From Shigella phage ESh28: a DNA stretch of 64,000 nt. The position numbers were made by a program, and so were the translations under genes. Of this stretch, positions 1 to 9,652 are shown piece after piece. The number at the start of each line of letters is the position of its first letter. Position 1 is the first letter of the stretch. Under the pieces are notes generated by a model. That model did no database searches. It had not been told where the DNA came from and saw nothing but the letters and a program-made list of their open reading frames with translations. The DNA lies in sequence record ON528738; one strand, written 5' to 3'.

Positions 1-1121
1 ACCTTGGATATCATCATGGTGAAAACTCTGCGCAAGACGCAGGTGCTTTGATGGCTAACACTTGGAATAATAACTTTCCTCTGTTAGATGGTCAAGGAAA
101 CTTCGGTTCTCGTACTGTCCAAAAGGCAGCGGCAAGTCGTTATATTTTTGCTCGTGTAAGTAAAAATTTCTATAACGTATATAAAGATACTGAATATGCT
201 CCGGTACATCAAGATAAAGAACACATTCCGCCTGCTTTCTATTTGCCTATTATTCCTACTGTTCTTCTTAATGGTGTTTCCGGTATTGCAACTGGTTATG
301 CAACTTACATTCTTCCTCATAGTGTTTCTTCTGTCAAGAAAGCTGTACTACAAGCTCTTCAAGGAAAGAAAGTAACTAAACCGAAGGTAGAATTCCCAGA
401 ATTTCGCGGTGAAGTCGTTGAAATTGACGGTCAATATGAAATTCGTGGAACATATAAGTTTACTTCACGAACTCAAATGCATATCACTGAGATTCCATAT
501 AAGTATGATCGTGAAACTTATGTGAGTAAAATCTTAGACCCGCTTGAAGATAAAGGCTTCATTACATGGGATGATGCTTGTGGTGAGCATGGCTTTGGCT
601 TTAAAGTTAAATTCCGCAAAGAATATGCTTTGAGCGATAACGAAGAAGAACGTCACGCGAAAATTATGAAAGACTTTGGGTTGATTGAGCGTCGTTCCCA
701 AAATATTACAGTCATCAACGAGAAAGGAAAGCTACAAGTTTACGATAACGTAGTTGATTTAATTAAAGACTTTGTTGAAGTTCGTAAAACTTATGTCCAA
801 AAACGAATTGATAACAAAATCAAAGAAACTGAATCAGCATTTTGTTTAGCCTTTGCCAAGGCACATTTCATTAAGAAAGTAATTTCAGGTGAAATTGTTG
901 TGCAGGGTAAAACTCGCAAAGAACTGACCGAAGAACTTTCTAAAATTGATATGTATTCTTCTTATGTTGATAAACTAGTTGGAATGAACATTTTTCATAT
1001 GACTTCCGACGAAGCAAAGAAACTTGCTGAAGAAGCTAAAGCTAAGAAAGAAGAAAACGAATATTGGAAAACTACTGATGTAGTTACCGAATACACCAAA
1101 GATTTAGAGGAAATCAAATGA
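1..1121 (+). CDS. 52: DNA topoisomerase II medium subunit gp52, 5'-truncated by the window edge (frame begins at nt 3)
   Basis: Frame open from nt 3 to TGA 1119-1121; GyrA-like motifs YHHGE and DGQGNFGSR; recalled T4 gp52 sequence; track start 48 is a TTG inside the gene. Confidence 0.85.
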   Translation, partial: LGYHHGENSAQDAGALMANTWNNNFPLLDGQGNFGSRTVQKAAASRYIFARVSKNFYNVYKDTEYAPVHQDKEHIPPAFYLPIIPTVLLNGVSGIATGYATYILPHSVSSVKKAVLQALQGKKVTKPKVEFPEFRGEVVEIDGQYEIRGTYKFTSRTQMHITEIPYKYDRETYVSKILDPLEDKGFITWDDACGEHGFGFKVKFRKEYALSDNEEERHAKIMKDFGLIERRSQNITVINEKGKLQVYDNVVDLIKDFVEVRKTYVQKRIDNKIKETESAFCLAFAKAHFIKKVISGEIVVQGKTRKELTEELSKIDMYSSYVDKLVGMNIFHMTSDEAKKLAEEAKAKKEENEYWKTTDVVTEYTKDLEEIK

Positions 1122-1267
1122 GTCCATTCATAGGCATTACAAGCGCTGCATTAGTATCCGGTGGCATTTTACTGGCGGGTTTAGGTGTTGTTCCAGCCGT
1201 AGCAGGAGGTCTTCTTGCGTTCGGCATTCAACGTGTTATCATGACAGTTATCACAGTCATGCAGTAA
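1118..1267 (+). CDS. hypothetical 49-aa hydrophobic membrane peptide
   Basis: ATG overlaps gene 52 stop (ATGA); SD-like GAGG at 1107-1110; product MSPFIGITSAALVSGGILLAGLGVVPAVAGGLLAFGIQRVIMTVITVMQ is one predicted TM helix; below track length cut-off, found by hand. Confidence 0.35.
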   Translation: MSPFIGITSAALVSGGILLAGLGVVPAVAGGLLAFGIQRVIMTVITVMQ

Positions 1268-1272
1268 TTTTA

Positions 1273-1298
1273 GGGAGAGCCTCGGCTCTCCCTTTTTT
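1273..1298 (+). terminator. intrinsic terminator after gene 52 / small ORF
   Basis: GGGAGAGCC-TC-GGCTCTCCC stem-loop followed by TTTTTT. Confidence 0.7.
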
Positions 1299-1322
1299 AT
1301 TTTAAATTTTTTTCACAAAACG

Positions 1323-1352
1323 GTTTACAACCAAAGCATACTGTGGTACTAT
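1323..1352 (+). promoter_or_regulatory. early-type promoter (-35 GTTTAC, -10 TACTAT)
   Basis: GTTTAC 1323-1328, 18-nt spacer, TACTAT 1347-1352; AT-rich upstream; near-identical copy at 17993-18022. Confidence 0.55.
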
Positions 1353-1401
1353 ACAACTATCAAATAAATGAACTGAAACAAACAACCCGGAGATACAAAA
1401 A

Positions 1402-1629
1402 ATGAAATTTAAAATCGAAAACGAAATCGTTAAAGCTAAAAATGCTCTGACTGCTAACAAACTGGTTGTAGATGGTATTGAATATGATATCTGTGGAGTT
1501 CGTGAAGAAAAACCTGGTGTTCTGACTTTCTTCACAATGATTTTTAAATTTAAAGGTGACACAGAATTCAAACAGTTTGATTTTGCCCATGAAGACGAAA
1601 TCGAAGTTCGTAATCTGAACATTAAGTAA
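1402..1629 (+). CDS. hypothetical protein (75 aa)
   Basis: ATG start with upstream CCGGAG; sits downstream of an early-type promoter. Confidence 0.45.
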   Translation: MKFKIENEIVKAKNALTANKLVVDGIEYDICGVREEKPGVLTFFTMIFKFKGDTEFKQFDFAHEDEIEVRNLNIK

Positions 1630-1668
1630 GTACTTTATTAGAGCTCTTGAAAAAGAGTGCAAAAAAGT

Positions 1669-1697
1669 GTTTACTTCTGCTTTAAACATGATACTAT
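1669..1697 (+). promoter_or_regulatory. early-type promoter upstream of motA
   Basis: GTTTAC 1669-1674, 17-nt spacer, TACTAT 1692-1697. Confidence 0.55.
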
Positions 1698-1734
1698 AGA
1701 CCTATCAAATAAATGAACTGAAACGGAGATTAAA

Positions 1735-2370
1735 ATGTCTAAAGTAACTTACATCATCAAAGCTTCTAACGATGTTCTGAATGAAAAAACTGCTGCGATT
1801 TTAATTACCATTGCTAAGAAAGATTTCATTACAGCCGCAGAAGTTCGTGAGGTGCATCCAGATTTAGGTAACGCAGTAGTTAATAGTAATATTGGGGTAT
1901 TGATTAAAAAAGGCCTGGTGGAGAAATCTGGTGATGGATTAATCATTACTGGTGAAGCTCAGGATATTATTTCAAATGCGGCAACTTTATATGCACAGGA
2001 AAATGCTCCTGAACTACTGAAAAAACGAGCAACTCGTAAAGCTCGTGAGATTACTTCCGATATGGAAGAAGATAAAGACCTTATGCTAAAACTTTTAGAT
2101 GAAAATGGATTTGTTCTTAAAAAGGTTGAAACTTACCGCAGTAACTATCTTGCTATTTTAGAAAAACGCACTCACGGAATTCGTAATTTTGAAATTAATA
2201 ACAATGGAAATATGCGAATTTTTGGATACAAAATGATGGAACACCATATTCAGAAATTTACTGATATTGGAATGTCATGTAAAATCGCTAAAAACGGCAA
2301 TGTGTATCTTGACATTAAACGCTCGGCAGAAAACATTGAAGCAGTAATCACCGTAGCATCTGAACTGTGA
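1735..2370 (+). CDS. motA: MotA, activator of middle-period transcription
   Basis: 211 aa, starts MSKVTYIIKASNDVLNEKTAAILITIAKKDF; matches recalled T4 MotA; SD GGAG upstream. Confidence 0.85.
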   Translation: MSKVTYIIKASNDVLNEKTAAILITIAKKDFITAAEVREVHPDLGNAVVNSNIGVLIKKGLVEKSGDGLIITGEAQDIISNAATLYAQENAPELLKKRATRKAREITSDMEEDKDLMLKLLDENGFVLKKVETYRSNYLAILEKRTHGIRNFEINNNGNMRIFGYKMMEHHIQKFTDIGMSCKIAKNGNVYLDIKRSAENIEAVITVASEL

Positions 2371-2380
2371 GGAATAAATA

Positions 2381-2710
2381 ATGAACAAGTTAGAAATTGT
2401 TAATGAACTTCGTCGTTGTGCAGAACCCACTCAAGAGGGGTGGGATATCTGGTATCATGGAGCTTATCTTGGAACTATCGTAAAGATTAAGACTGGTAAA
2501 TACATGATTATTCGTGAAAGTAAAGATGCTCCAGTAGGTATTCGCAATAATTTTATGGCGGCGATAAGTTCATTTACGGATGCAGCTTACGAAATTTACC
2601 TTGCTGATTATAAAGAATTCCAGGAATCTCAACCAGTTATTCGCTCAATTGGTGTTAACAAAGCTCAACAGAAAACTTTGTGGCAGCGTATTAAAGGATG
2701 GTTTAAATGA
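2381..2710 (+). CDS. hypothetical protein (109 aa), motA.1 position
   Basis: ATG with GAGGA SD; synteny only. Confidence 0.45.
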   Translation: MNKLEIVNELRRCAEPTQEGWDIWYHGAYLGTIVKIKTGKYMIIRESKDAPVGIRNNFMAAISSFTDAAYEIYLADYKEFQESQPVIRSIGVNKAQQKTLWQRIKGWFK

Positions 2711-3168
2711 ACCCATTTATTAATCGTTTAAAAATGCTGAATGTTCCTTTATGTCGTGAAACTCCAGAAAGTCTTGTTGAAAAATTTAAAGCGCATGGTT
2801 ATAAATGCACAGAAGAAGATATTCTAAAAGAAGTTCCTGAAATCTGTTGGCAGACCGCATACTGGGATGAAAACCAAAAGTATCAACGACGAATTGTTTG
2901 TGCCGCCAACCGTTTTAAATTAAAAGATGGACGAACTCTTGTTATTCCAGGTGCTCGTCATTATTCTAAAGATATGGCAGAAGTTTTAGATGTAGTTAAA
3001 CCTCAATTAGTTACTCAGCAAGTTTGTGATGATGACCAAGGGTTTATTGACCAATATAGTAATTATTGGACACGTGAAGAAGCAATGATTATTGCAACTT
3101 ATGCTGGACAAGTGCGTATTGAACGTGGTGGTAGTGAAAAAGAACTTTACTCTGAGGACCTTTACTAA
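2707..3168 (+). CDS. hypothetical protein (153 aa)
   Basis: ATG overlapping upstream stop (translational coupling); no family recognised. Confidence 0.5.
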   Translation: MNPFINRLKMLNVPLCRETPESLVEKFKAHGYKCTEEDILKEVPEICWQTAYWDENQKYQRRIVCAANRFKLKDGRTLVIPGARHYSKDMAEVLDVVKPQLVTQQVCDDDQGFIDQYSNYWTREEAMIIATYAGQVRIERGGSEKELYSEDLY

Positions 3169-3464
3169 TGAATATTAAAAAGTTTCAAATTGATGGAATT
3201 ATGAATCAAATCCAGGCATTAGAATATGCCAATAAAATGATGTCAACTAATTGGGGAATTTATGCCAATGAACCGGCATTTCAGTTCTGTAATATGGAAT
3301 TCACCAAAAAGCTCGTAGGAAAAGATTATGTGTGTCCATTTAGTTCTCCAATAAATGGAATGCTAAAACCTGCTTTACGCGATCTTTATATTGCGATGAA
3401 CGAAGAAATGATAAAAGAACTAAAACGTCAACTGAAGGTGATTCAATTTGGCCAGGGAAATTAA
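3168..3464 (+). CDS. hypothetical protein (98 aa)
   Basis: ATG at 3168 overlapping upstream stop. Confidence 0.45.
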   Translation: MNIKKFQIDGIMNQIQALEYANKMMSTNWGIYANEPAFQFCNMEFTKKLVGKDYVCPFSSPINGMLKPALRDLYIAMNEEMIKELKRQLKVIQFGQGN

Positions 3465-3666
3465 TTCAAAATCCGATTATTTTAACTCTCTCAATGATAA
3501 AGATAAAAATCTAATACGGCATTTTATTGTTGAGATGGGATATACTGACACACGTGATTTAAGAGAACATATATTTGAATGTGGTGTAGCTAAAAAGTTT
3601 TCATTCACATGCAAATGTTTAAGAGAGGTAATTCAGCACTATGAACAATTTAGTCGCAAAACATAA
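3448..3666 (+). CDS. hypothetical protein; start uncertain (track start is TTG; first in-frame ATG at 3535)
   Basis: ORF from track; overlaps preceding ORF; no convincing SD. Confidence 0.25.
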   Translation: MAREINSKSDYFNSLNDKDKNLIRHFIVEMGYTDTRDLREHIFECGVAKKFSFTCKCLREVIQHYEQFSRKT

Positions 3667-3749
3667 TTTTAATAAAGCTTCTGTCCATAAAGATAAGAAG
3701 AAAGCGTTTAAAGAATCTAATCGCAAACAGAAACATAAGGGGAAGGTCT

Positions 3750-4028
3750 ATGATTATTGATTCTCAATCTGTGGTTCAATATACAATCAAAATTGATATT
3801 CTAGAAAAGCTATATAAGCTTCTACCAAATTTATACCACTCAATTGTTAATGAATTAGTTGAAGAATTACATCTCGAGAATAATGATTTCTTGGTTGGAA
3901 CTTATAAAGACCTCTCAAAAGCAGGATATTTTTACGTAATTCCAGCTCCAGGAAAAAGTATTGATGATGTATTAAAAACTATAATGATTTATGTCCATGA
4001 TTACGAAATTGAAGATTATTTTGAATGA
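3750..4028 (+). CDS. arn: probable Arn, anti-restriction (McrBC inhibitor) DNA-mimic protein
   Basis: 92 aa, acidic, MIIDSQSVVQYTIKIDILEKLYK...; recalled as T4 Arn; position between motA and asiA. Confidence 0.5.
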   Translation: MIIDSQSVVQYTIKIDILEKLYKLLPNLYHSIVNELVEELHLENNDFLVGTYKDLSKAGYFYVIPAPGKSIDDVLKTIMIYVHDYEIEDYFE

Positions 4029-4177
4029 GTCATAATCTTGAAAAGGTAATCGAGCATAATGTAGCTCAGGAACGTGAGTCGTTCAAGGAATTCGTAGAAA
4101 AAATTTTTGAAGAAAATAACACAGACCAGTTTACAAATCAAGTGTCTGATGATATTATAATAAAGTCAACTAATTGA
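4025..4177 (+). CDS. hypothetical 50-aa protein (asiA.1 position)
   Basis: ATG overlaps arn stop (ATGA); below track cut-off, found by hand. Confidence 0.3.
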   Translation: MSHNLEKVIEHNVAQERESFKEFVEKIFEENNTDQFTNQVSDDIIIKSTN

Positions 4178-4189
4178 GTGGTATAGTTA

Positions 4190-4462
4190 ATGAATAAAAA
4201 CATTGATACAGTTCGTGAAATTATTACTGTTGCGTCTATTTTGATTAAATTTTCCAGAGAAGATATTGTTGAGAATCGTGCTATTTTTATCGCATTTCTG
4301 AATGAGATTGGAGTAACGCATGAAGGTAGAAAGTTAAATCAGAATTCATTCCGTAAAATTGTTTCTGAATTAACTCAAGAAGATAAGAAAACCCTCATCG
4401 ACGAATTCAACGAGGGTTTTGAGGGTGTATATCGATATCTAGAGATGTATACAAACAAATAA
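4190..4462 (+). CDS. asiA: AsiA anti-sigma-70 factor
   Basis: 90 aa, MNKNIDTVREIITVASILIKFSREDIVENRAIFIAFLNEIGV...; matches recalled T4 AsiA. Confidence 0.85.
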   Translation: MNKNIDTVREIITVASILIKFSREDIVENRAIFIAFLNEIGVTHEGRKLNQNSFRKIVSELTQEDKKTLIDEFNEGFEGVYRYLEMYTNK

Positions 4463-5119
4463 TTATTTAGCCCTTCCTAATATTCTGGCCGCCTGAGAAC
4501 ATATTGATTCAAGGCGGTCATTACTTATATGATCATTTCTATACCAGTACATGGTTATTGTTCCAGCATAGATATTATCCAAATTAAAATATGGACAACT
4601 GTACATGTAGTTTATTTCGGGAGTAGGCTTTTTAGTTGGTAAAAAAGCAAATTTTGAGTTGGAATAATAATGACGTCCATTTAAATGAACTATATATTCA
4701 TCCATAGTTTTATCGACAGGATATCCTCCAAGTGATTTTTCACTTATTGTTGAAGGTAATTTTCCTTCATATGCTATAATATCAACAAAATAGTTTAAGT
4801 TTTTAGGGCGGAAAGAATACACCGCACTAAAGTCTGCCTCAGATGATATATGAACTATCTGGAGTTGTTCCAGGGCGACAGATTCAAAGCGTGCATTTCT
4901 TTCCTTTTCAATAATTTCACTGTATGTTTCATACTTTGATTGCTTATAGTACTCAAAGAAACTATCTCCCCTATACCAAACAATCGCCATCATAAATAAA
5001 AGAATTACGACAGCTACCCGGGAAGCAAGAACCTTCCCAGTAGCGTTATCTTTGAACAAGCGATCTAGAACACCAAACAGAATACCAGAGGGCGAAAATG
5101 ATATTCTAGGTGCTGCCAT
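4463..5119 (-). CDS. t: holin T
   Basis: 218 aa with N-terminal TM segment; matches recalled T4 holin; SD AAGGAGGG upstream on minus strand. Confidence 0.85.
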   Translation of the reverse strand: MAAPRISFSPSGILFGVLDRLFKDNATGKVLASRVAVVILLFMMAIVWYRGDSFFEYYKQSKYETYSEIIEKERNARFESVALEQLQIVHISSEADFSAVYSFRPKNLNYFVDIIAYEGKLPSTISEKSLGGYPVDKTMDEYIVHLNGRHYYSNSKFAFLPTKKPTPEINYMYSCPYFNLDNIYAGTITMYWYRNDHISNDRLESICSQAARILGRAK

Positions 5120-5149
5120 AGACCCTCCTTTTAAGGGTATTTATTCACA

Positions 5150-5950
5150 TTATACTCTTGGTCCGTAAATTGTTCCAACAACACCCCAAGTTGGAGAAGA
5201 TCCAAACACTGCATGACCAGACGCACCACCAACACCAACTTTAAGAACTTTACCGCCGTCAGACCATGCATTCTGACCAGCAGCACCAGCATTACCACCA
5301 GCGCCGGAGTGTGCGTTACCATAGTCATAACCACCACCCGGACCTTCATACGAAGCAGCACCACCGGAATAACCGCCACCGCCAGCGCCACCGAAAGGTC
5401 GACCACCACCGCCACCGATATCTTGCCAGTTTGCCCCTGAGTGTGGACGATATGCAATACCACCACCGCCGCCACCGCCAGCAGCTATAACACCGTAGTT
5501 CCAAATACGAAGCCGTCCACCGATATCATTTTGAATAACATGACCGCCTTGTGTACCGTTACCGTCGCCTCCTGAGTGAGTGTATCCACCATTACCACCA
5601 CGACCCCACATATGAACACCACCATGAATATTAAGAACAACATATTCATTAGGCGTATCCCCGTACATGAAGAATAAAGGAACATCTTTAGAATATGATA
5701 CTAAATCACCTGTAATATTAAACACTATAGGTGCACTACCGGCCTCAAAACATCTATCTCGGAACCATTGACCATTGAAGTTATGGTCTGCTCCAAGTGT
5801 ATGAATAATTTCTCGTGAGCGACCTGCAAATTGACTCATCCAGCAAGGAACACCCAATCTTAATTGACCAGCCGCTTGACTCATCCATCGTTGCCCTGTT
5901 TCATTTGCGGCTGAACTTCCAATCCAACCAGGAACACCAACTACTGCCAT
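5150..5950 (-). CDS. 38: gp38 receptor-recognising adhesin, T2-type with glycine-rich motifs
   Basis: 266 aa with poly-Gly runs (GGGGGGG, GGGGG); N-terminus [13 protein letters not shown] like T2/T6-type gp38 rather than the T4 chaperone-type gp38. Confidence 0.8.
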   Translation of the reverse strand: MAVVGVPGWIGSSAANETGQRWMSQAAGQLRLGVPCWMSQFAGRSREIIHTLGADHNFNGQWFRDRCFEAGSAPIVFNITGDLVSYSKDVPLFFMYGDTPNEYVVLNIHGGVHMWGRGGNGGYTHSGGDGNGTQGGHVIQNDIGGRLRIWNYGVIAAGGGGGGGIAYRPHSGANWQDIGGGGGRPFGGAGGGGYSGGAASYEGPGGGYDYGNAHSGAGGNAGAAGQNAWSDGGKVLKVGVGGASGHAVFGSSPTWGVVGTIYGPRV

Positions 5951-5963
5951 AATTTATCTCCAA

Positions 5964-5980
5964 AGGGGGCGTTGCCCCCT
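5964..5980 (-). other. intercistronic RNA hairpin between gene 37 stop and gene 38 SD
   Basis: AGGGGGC-GTT-GCCCCCT inverted repeat immediately before the gene 38 SD on the minus strand. Confidence 0.5.
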
Positions 5981-5985
5981 TGTTG

Positions 5986-8931
5986 TTAGAATTTAAAATA
6001 TTTACTAATTTTGCGAGCAATTTTAGTAAAGAAAGGAGTTTTCAATTCTTTAATTTCTTCACTCATTTCCTGAATAGCCTTAATTAAAAGAGCATTCACA
6101 GCAGAGTTAGAAATTGTCAGAACATCAGATCCATCAACTTCAACTTTAGATACAGCTTCCGGTAATTCCTTTTCAAGGTCCTGAGCAATAATACCAACTT
6201 CACGTTTAATAACGCTACGGTCTTTAATAGACTTAACTTTATCGTAAATATAAACTTTCAGTCGGCATACTTTTTCAAGTGCTCCGTTTTCTAACTCTTC
6301 TTTATTAATCTTAAGACGATCATCAGAACGAATATAAACATCGTTAAAGTTGCCATTGGAAGGACAGTAGAAAGTTCCGTCATGATGGAACTCAAATATA
6401 GCTTGAGGATGACCAGCATCAGGAGAAGCCTCCGTGGATCCGACACGAATGATTGCTTGCCCCCACTGTGTTGGAACACGACGCATACCAAAGTCAACAG
6501 CGGTGCTATATCCTTGATTGGTTATAACGCTTCTTGCTTTAAGAATAGGATAATAACTATCTTGACCAACATAACCATGATCAACGAATAATGGAGCTTC
6601 TACTCGCCATTGGTTGCCCCAATCACCCGGTTGTCTAGCAATCCATCCAGAACCGTTAATGCGTACACGATCGCGGTTAACGTTAACCATTGCGGTATTT
6701 TGTGGATTTAGCGAAATCTCACCATTGTTTGTGATATGTACTGCCGCCTGAGTAGCATAGCTATAAAATGCTAGCGAATTATCAGCACCACCCTTGCCAA
6801 TATACCAGTTACCAGTCCCGTCTATGTCACCGCGAATATGCAAAGAATTACTAGCAGTTGTTGATAATACAATAGAATCATTAGGTGCATTGATTGTTAA
6901 CCGACCTGTCATCGTATCACCGCCTTTACCTACGCGAGTATTCAAGGCAGCATCTAAATTTGTCGCATTGTTATATTTCTTCCAGATTGAACCGGCAATA
7001 TTACCATCTGTATTAAGGAACGCATCACCGACATATACACGCCCTGGAGATTTAAAATAACCTGACGGCATGAAAGTCCATTGTTTTAACCCATCTGCTG
7101 TTCCATTAGCGGATAAATCACCCTGAGCAATGATCTTATATTCGGATGTACCTATAGCCATACCAGTGGCAAAGGTGATATTACTTACAGTATTTTTCTG
7201 TTTAACAATTGGCGCAAACTGGTTTTTATTTGAATCGTCAATGGCCTGATATAATGGTGCAATGGTAGTATTCTGATTCGCGTAAGTATTAGAACCAGAA
7301 CCGCTAGCAGGGGCTTGAATATATGCTCCTGGAGCAAGTGAAATTTTCTGATTAGCACCAAGATTAACAGCAGCAGTGATATTCAACAATCCCCTAAAGT
7401 TTTGTTGAGCAGTCCAAGTATGTGATCCGTCTTCAAGAACAACACGGTGAACTGTGCAAGTTCTATTTCCAGAATTACCGAACACACGAACGACAAAATA
7501 ACGGTAGTTTGTCTGGGATACAGTACCACGCCAAACCTGAACAGTACGTCCTGTGCTGGTGTGTTCGCTAGGACCGACAGAAAACATAACCAAGTTTCCG
7601 TCAATCGTCCCCCAATCCATATTTGCTGGCATATTCTTTATTTTGTTCAAAGGAACGCTAAACATACTACCAGGGACAAAATCAAAGGTTTGCCAATCTA
7701 GCTCCGCTAATTGGGCTTTAATACCACCCATACCCAAAGTAATTGGCAAAGAGTAAGATGTATATACTTCGTTCCATGCACCCCACACACCACCAGTATA
7801 TGCACGCTCAAAAATACGATCGCGAGTAGTTGCACCCGTTCCGGCAGTAGTAAATTTTTGGAAAATAGCACCGCCAGAAGCACGTTGTTTAACTTCCAGC
7901 AAACCAACAATAACAGTCGGCAAACCTTCACCTGTAGGACAGTTAATAACGGCATCAGTGCCTAAAATATTATATAACCCAGGGGTTTTAAAATCATTCA
8001 GATCTCCGTCATAGAAAGTCGCTGGTGTGCCATGACCAACCTGCTTCCATTCCTCCCACTTAGGTGCACTAGCATCCCATGCAGCAGCGAGACAACGAGT
8101 ATAAACCATACCCATGCGGGTAGTATAACGCTGAGTTCTCGTGTATAAACCACCTTCAAATATTTCTAAAAATCCTTGTGCGGCTGATCCTTCTTCTGGA
8201 TAATGGCGATCAAATGATGCGATTGCGCTTGAACTGTTTCGCCATAAGCCACAATGTTTTAATTCTCCCAAGCTATCAAGGTCAATCGTTTGTGAAAGTG
8301 GACGAGTTGACGCTTGAACATTACGCCACACACCCCATGGACCATCGACGCCATTCCATTTAGCAGATAAGGAACGAATATAGACGTTACCAGATCTTAC
8401 AGTATAACGCTGAGTGCCAGCAAATTGGCCGGCCACAAATACTTCTAGAACACCTACAGCATTTTCTTCTGGAAATTTATTTGCTGGTTGCGCATTTGTT
8501 GAAGTAGATTTCGACCAAACACCAAGATATTCTTCAATGGGCCCATACGTATCTAAATTAGCATCAGTAGGTAATTCGCCATTATTTTTTATAAATGTTG
8601 TGCTATTGACATTTATGTCAGATGGAGTTAAGGTAATGTCCTTTGACCCATCAAAAGATATACCATTAATTTTCCTAGGTGTTTGCAATTTAGTAGCTGT
8701 GCTAGAATTTCCAATTAAAGTTCCAGTTATATTTTCTGTAACCTCTAAAGACCCATTTATAGTTCCTCCATATTTTAAACCTAATTCTATAACACTACCT
8801 GAGTCATCTTTTGTGAAAATTGTTTTATCTTTTAAGTTTATAGCCAATTCACCTTCGGCTAATACTGAAGCAGCAGGACGTTGACCTGCAGTTTTGCTTC
8901 TTTTAAATTGTATTTGTTTTAAAGTAGCCAT
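5986..8931 (-). CDS. 37: gp37 long tail fibre distal subunit with C-terminal intramolecular-chaperone domain
   Basis: 981 aa; N-terminus [43 protein letters not shown]; C-terminal ~110 aa resembles a self-cleaving chaperone (S74-like) domain. Confidence 0.85.
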   Translation of the reverse strand: MATLKQIQFKRSKTAGQRPAASVLAEGELAINLKDKTIFTKDDSGSVIELGLKYGGTINGSLEVTENITGTLIGNSSTATKLQTPRKINGISFDGSKDITLTPSDINVNSTTFIKNNGELPTDANLDTYGPIEEYLGVWSKSTSTNAQPANKFPEENAVGVLEVFVAGQFAGTQRYTVRSGNVYIRSLSAKWNGVDGPWGVWRNVQASTRPLSQTIDLDSLGELKHCGLWRNSSSAIASFDRHYPEEGSAAQGFLEIFEGGLYTRTQRYTTRMGMVYTRCLAAAWDASAPKWEEWKQVGHGTPATFYDGDLNDFKTPGLYNILGTDAVINCPTGEGLPTVIVGLLEVKQRASGGAIFQKFTTAGTGATTRDRIFERAYTGGVWGAWNEVYTSYSLPITLGMGGIKAQLAELDWQTFDFVPGSMFSVPLNKIKNMPANMDWGTIDGNLVMFSVGPSEHTSTGRTVQVWRGTVSQTNYRYFVVRVFGNSGNRTCTVHRVVLEDGSHTWTAQQNFRGLLNITAAVNLGANQKISLAPGAYIQAPASGSGSNTYANQNTTIAPLYQAIDDSNKNQFAPIVKQKNTVSNITFATGMAIGTSEYKIIAQGDLSANGTADGLKQWTFMPSGYFKSPGRVYVGDAFLNTDGNIAGSIWKKYNNATNLDAALNTRVGKGGDTMTGRLTINAPNDSIVLSTTASNSLHIRGDIDGTGNWYIGKGGADNSLAFYSYATQAAVHITNNGEISLNPQNTAMVNVNRDRVRINGSGWIARQPGDWGNQWRVEAPLFVDHGYVGQDSYYPILKARSVITNQGYSTAVDFGMRRVPTQWGQAIIRVGSTEASPDAGHPQAIFEFHHDGTFYCPSNGNFNDVYIRSDDRLKINKEELENGALEKVCRLKVYIYDKVKSIKDRSVIKREVGIIAQDLEKELPEAVSKVEVDGSDVLTISNSAVNALLIKAIQEMSEEIKELKTPFFTKIARKISKYFKF

Positions 8932-8939
8932 AAGTCCTC

Positions 8940-9590
8940 TTAATAATAGCCGAAATCTTGAACAGAATCCTTAATTACGATTTGGTCAAATCGTGGAACG
9001 TGTGAAGGTTGAGATGCAGGATTCTGTGAAAAAAGGTTTGGCGCAGTTAAATTTCCTGTCATAGTGTCTCCAGAGCGTAATACCCTAGAGTTTGCATTTG
9101 CTGTAACAGTATTTATTGCTCCATCAACATAATCTTTGCGAGTAACATCAGATGCTGCGGAAGGAGTAGATGTAACAGTTACCGATGGAGCCGTTACAGC
9201 CCTGGTAAATGTTGTCAAACCTTCTGGCGTAATAGTAATTTGTCCAGTAGTGATTTCACTACCTGCAGGTCTAAAACTAATACCACCGGAAGAGCCGCCA
9301 ACTACAAGAGTATTACCAGTGCCGCCACCAGAACGAATTCGGATAGGGGTTTCATTATTACTTAATTGAAGATAACTATTTACCCCGTAATTAATAGTAA
9401 TTGGACCGGCGTAAGTACCACCATTAGCTTTAGAAACGAAATCGTTATCAGCTGCCTGCGGTTTATTATATTCTGAATATATTTTAAATGATTTGTAGAG
9501 TACATCGTCACCGGCTGAATTCAATGGAAAATTTCCTTGATGCCAAATGACAGATCCACCCACAGTTGAACCTACTTTTAAATCAGCCAT
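8940..9590 (-). CDS. 36: gp36 long tail fibre distal connector
   Basis: 216 aa; synteny 34-35-36-37; late promoter upstream. Confidence 0.8.
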   Translation of the reverse strand: MADLKVGSTVGGSVIWHQGNFPLNSAGDDVLYKSFKIYSEYNKPQAADNDFVSKANGGTYAGPITINYGVNSYLQLSNNETPIRIRSGGGTGNTLVVGGSSGGISFRPAGSEITTGQITITPEGLTTFTRAVTAPSVTVTSTPSAASDVTRKDYVDGAINTVTANANSRVLRSGDTMTGNLTAPNLFSQNPASQPSHVPRFDQIVIKDSVQDFGYY

Positions 9591-9613
9591 TATATGCCCC
9601 TTTATTTTAATAT

Positions 9614-9621
9614 TATTTATA
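9614..9621 (-). promoter_or_regulatory. late promoter (TATAAATA) for gene 36
   Basis: Minus-strand TATAAATA ~25 nt upstream of the gene 36 ATG. Confidence 0.65.
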
Positions 9622-9647
9622 AAGAAAAAGGGAACCCGAAGGCTCCC
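9622..9647 (-). terminator. terminator-like hairpin after gene 35
   Basis: Minus-strand GGGAGCC-UUCG-GGUUCCC followed by TTTTTCTTT. Confidence 0.55.
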
Positions 9648-9652
9648 TCAGT

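Noticed and set aside
48-1121. Track start codons at 48, 14736, 15915, 18003, 19439, 20468, 21349, 25393, 25844, 35390, 51699 and 63684
   Set aside because: These are TTG/GTG codons upstream of a clear ATG with an SD (or inside gene 52); starts were moved to the ATG matching recalled T4 N-termini
1302-1689. Minus-strand ORFs 1302-1622 and 1360-1689
   Set aside because: They overlap promoter/terminator sequence and the plus-strand 75-aa ORF; low-complexity translation with no ribosome-binding site
5131-5490. Track ORFs 5131-5475 (-), 5213-5440 (+) and 5266-5490 (+) inside gene 38
   Set aside because: They lie in the GGN-codon glycine-rich part of gp38 and are frame artefacts (His/Arg/Thr-rich, no SD); the gp38 frame has the family-like N-terminus
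5250-5700. CRISPR-like or mobile repeat array from the repetitive GGTGGNGG stretches
   Set aside because: The repeats are in-frame glycine codons of gp38, irregular in length, without spacers or flanking cas genes
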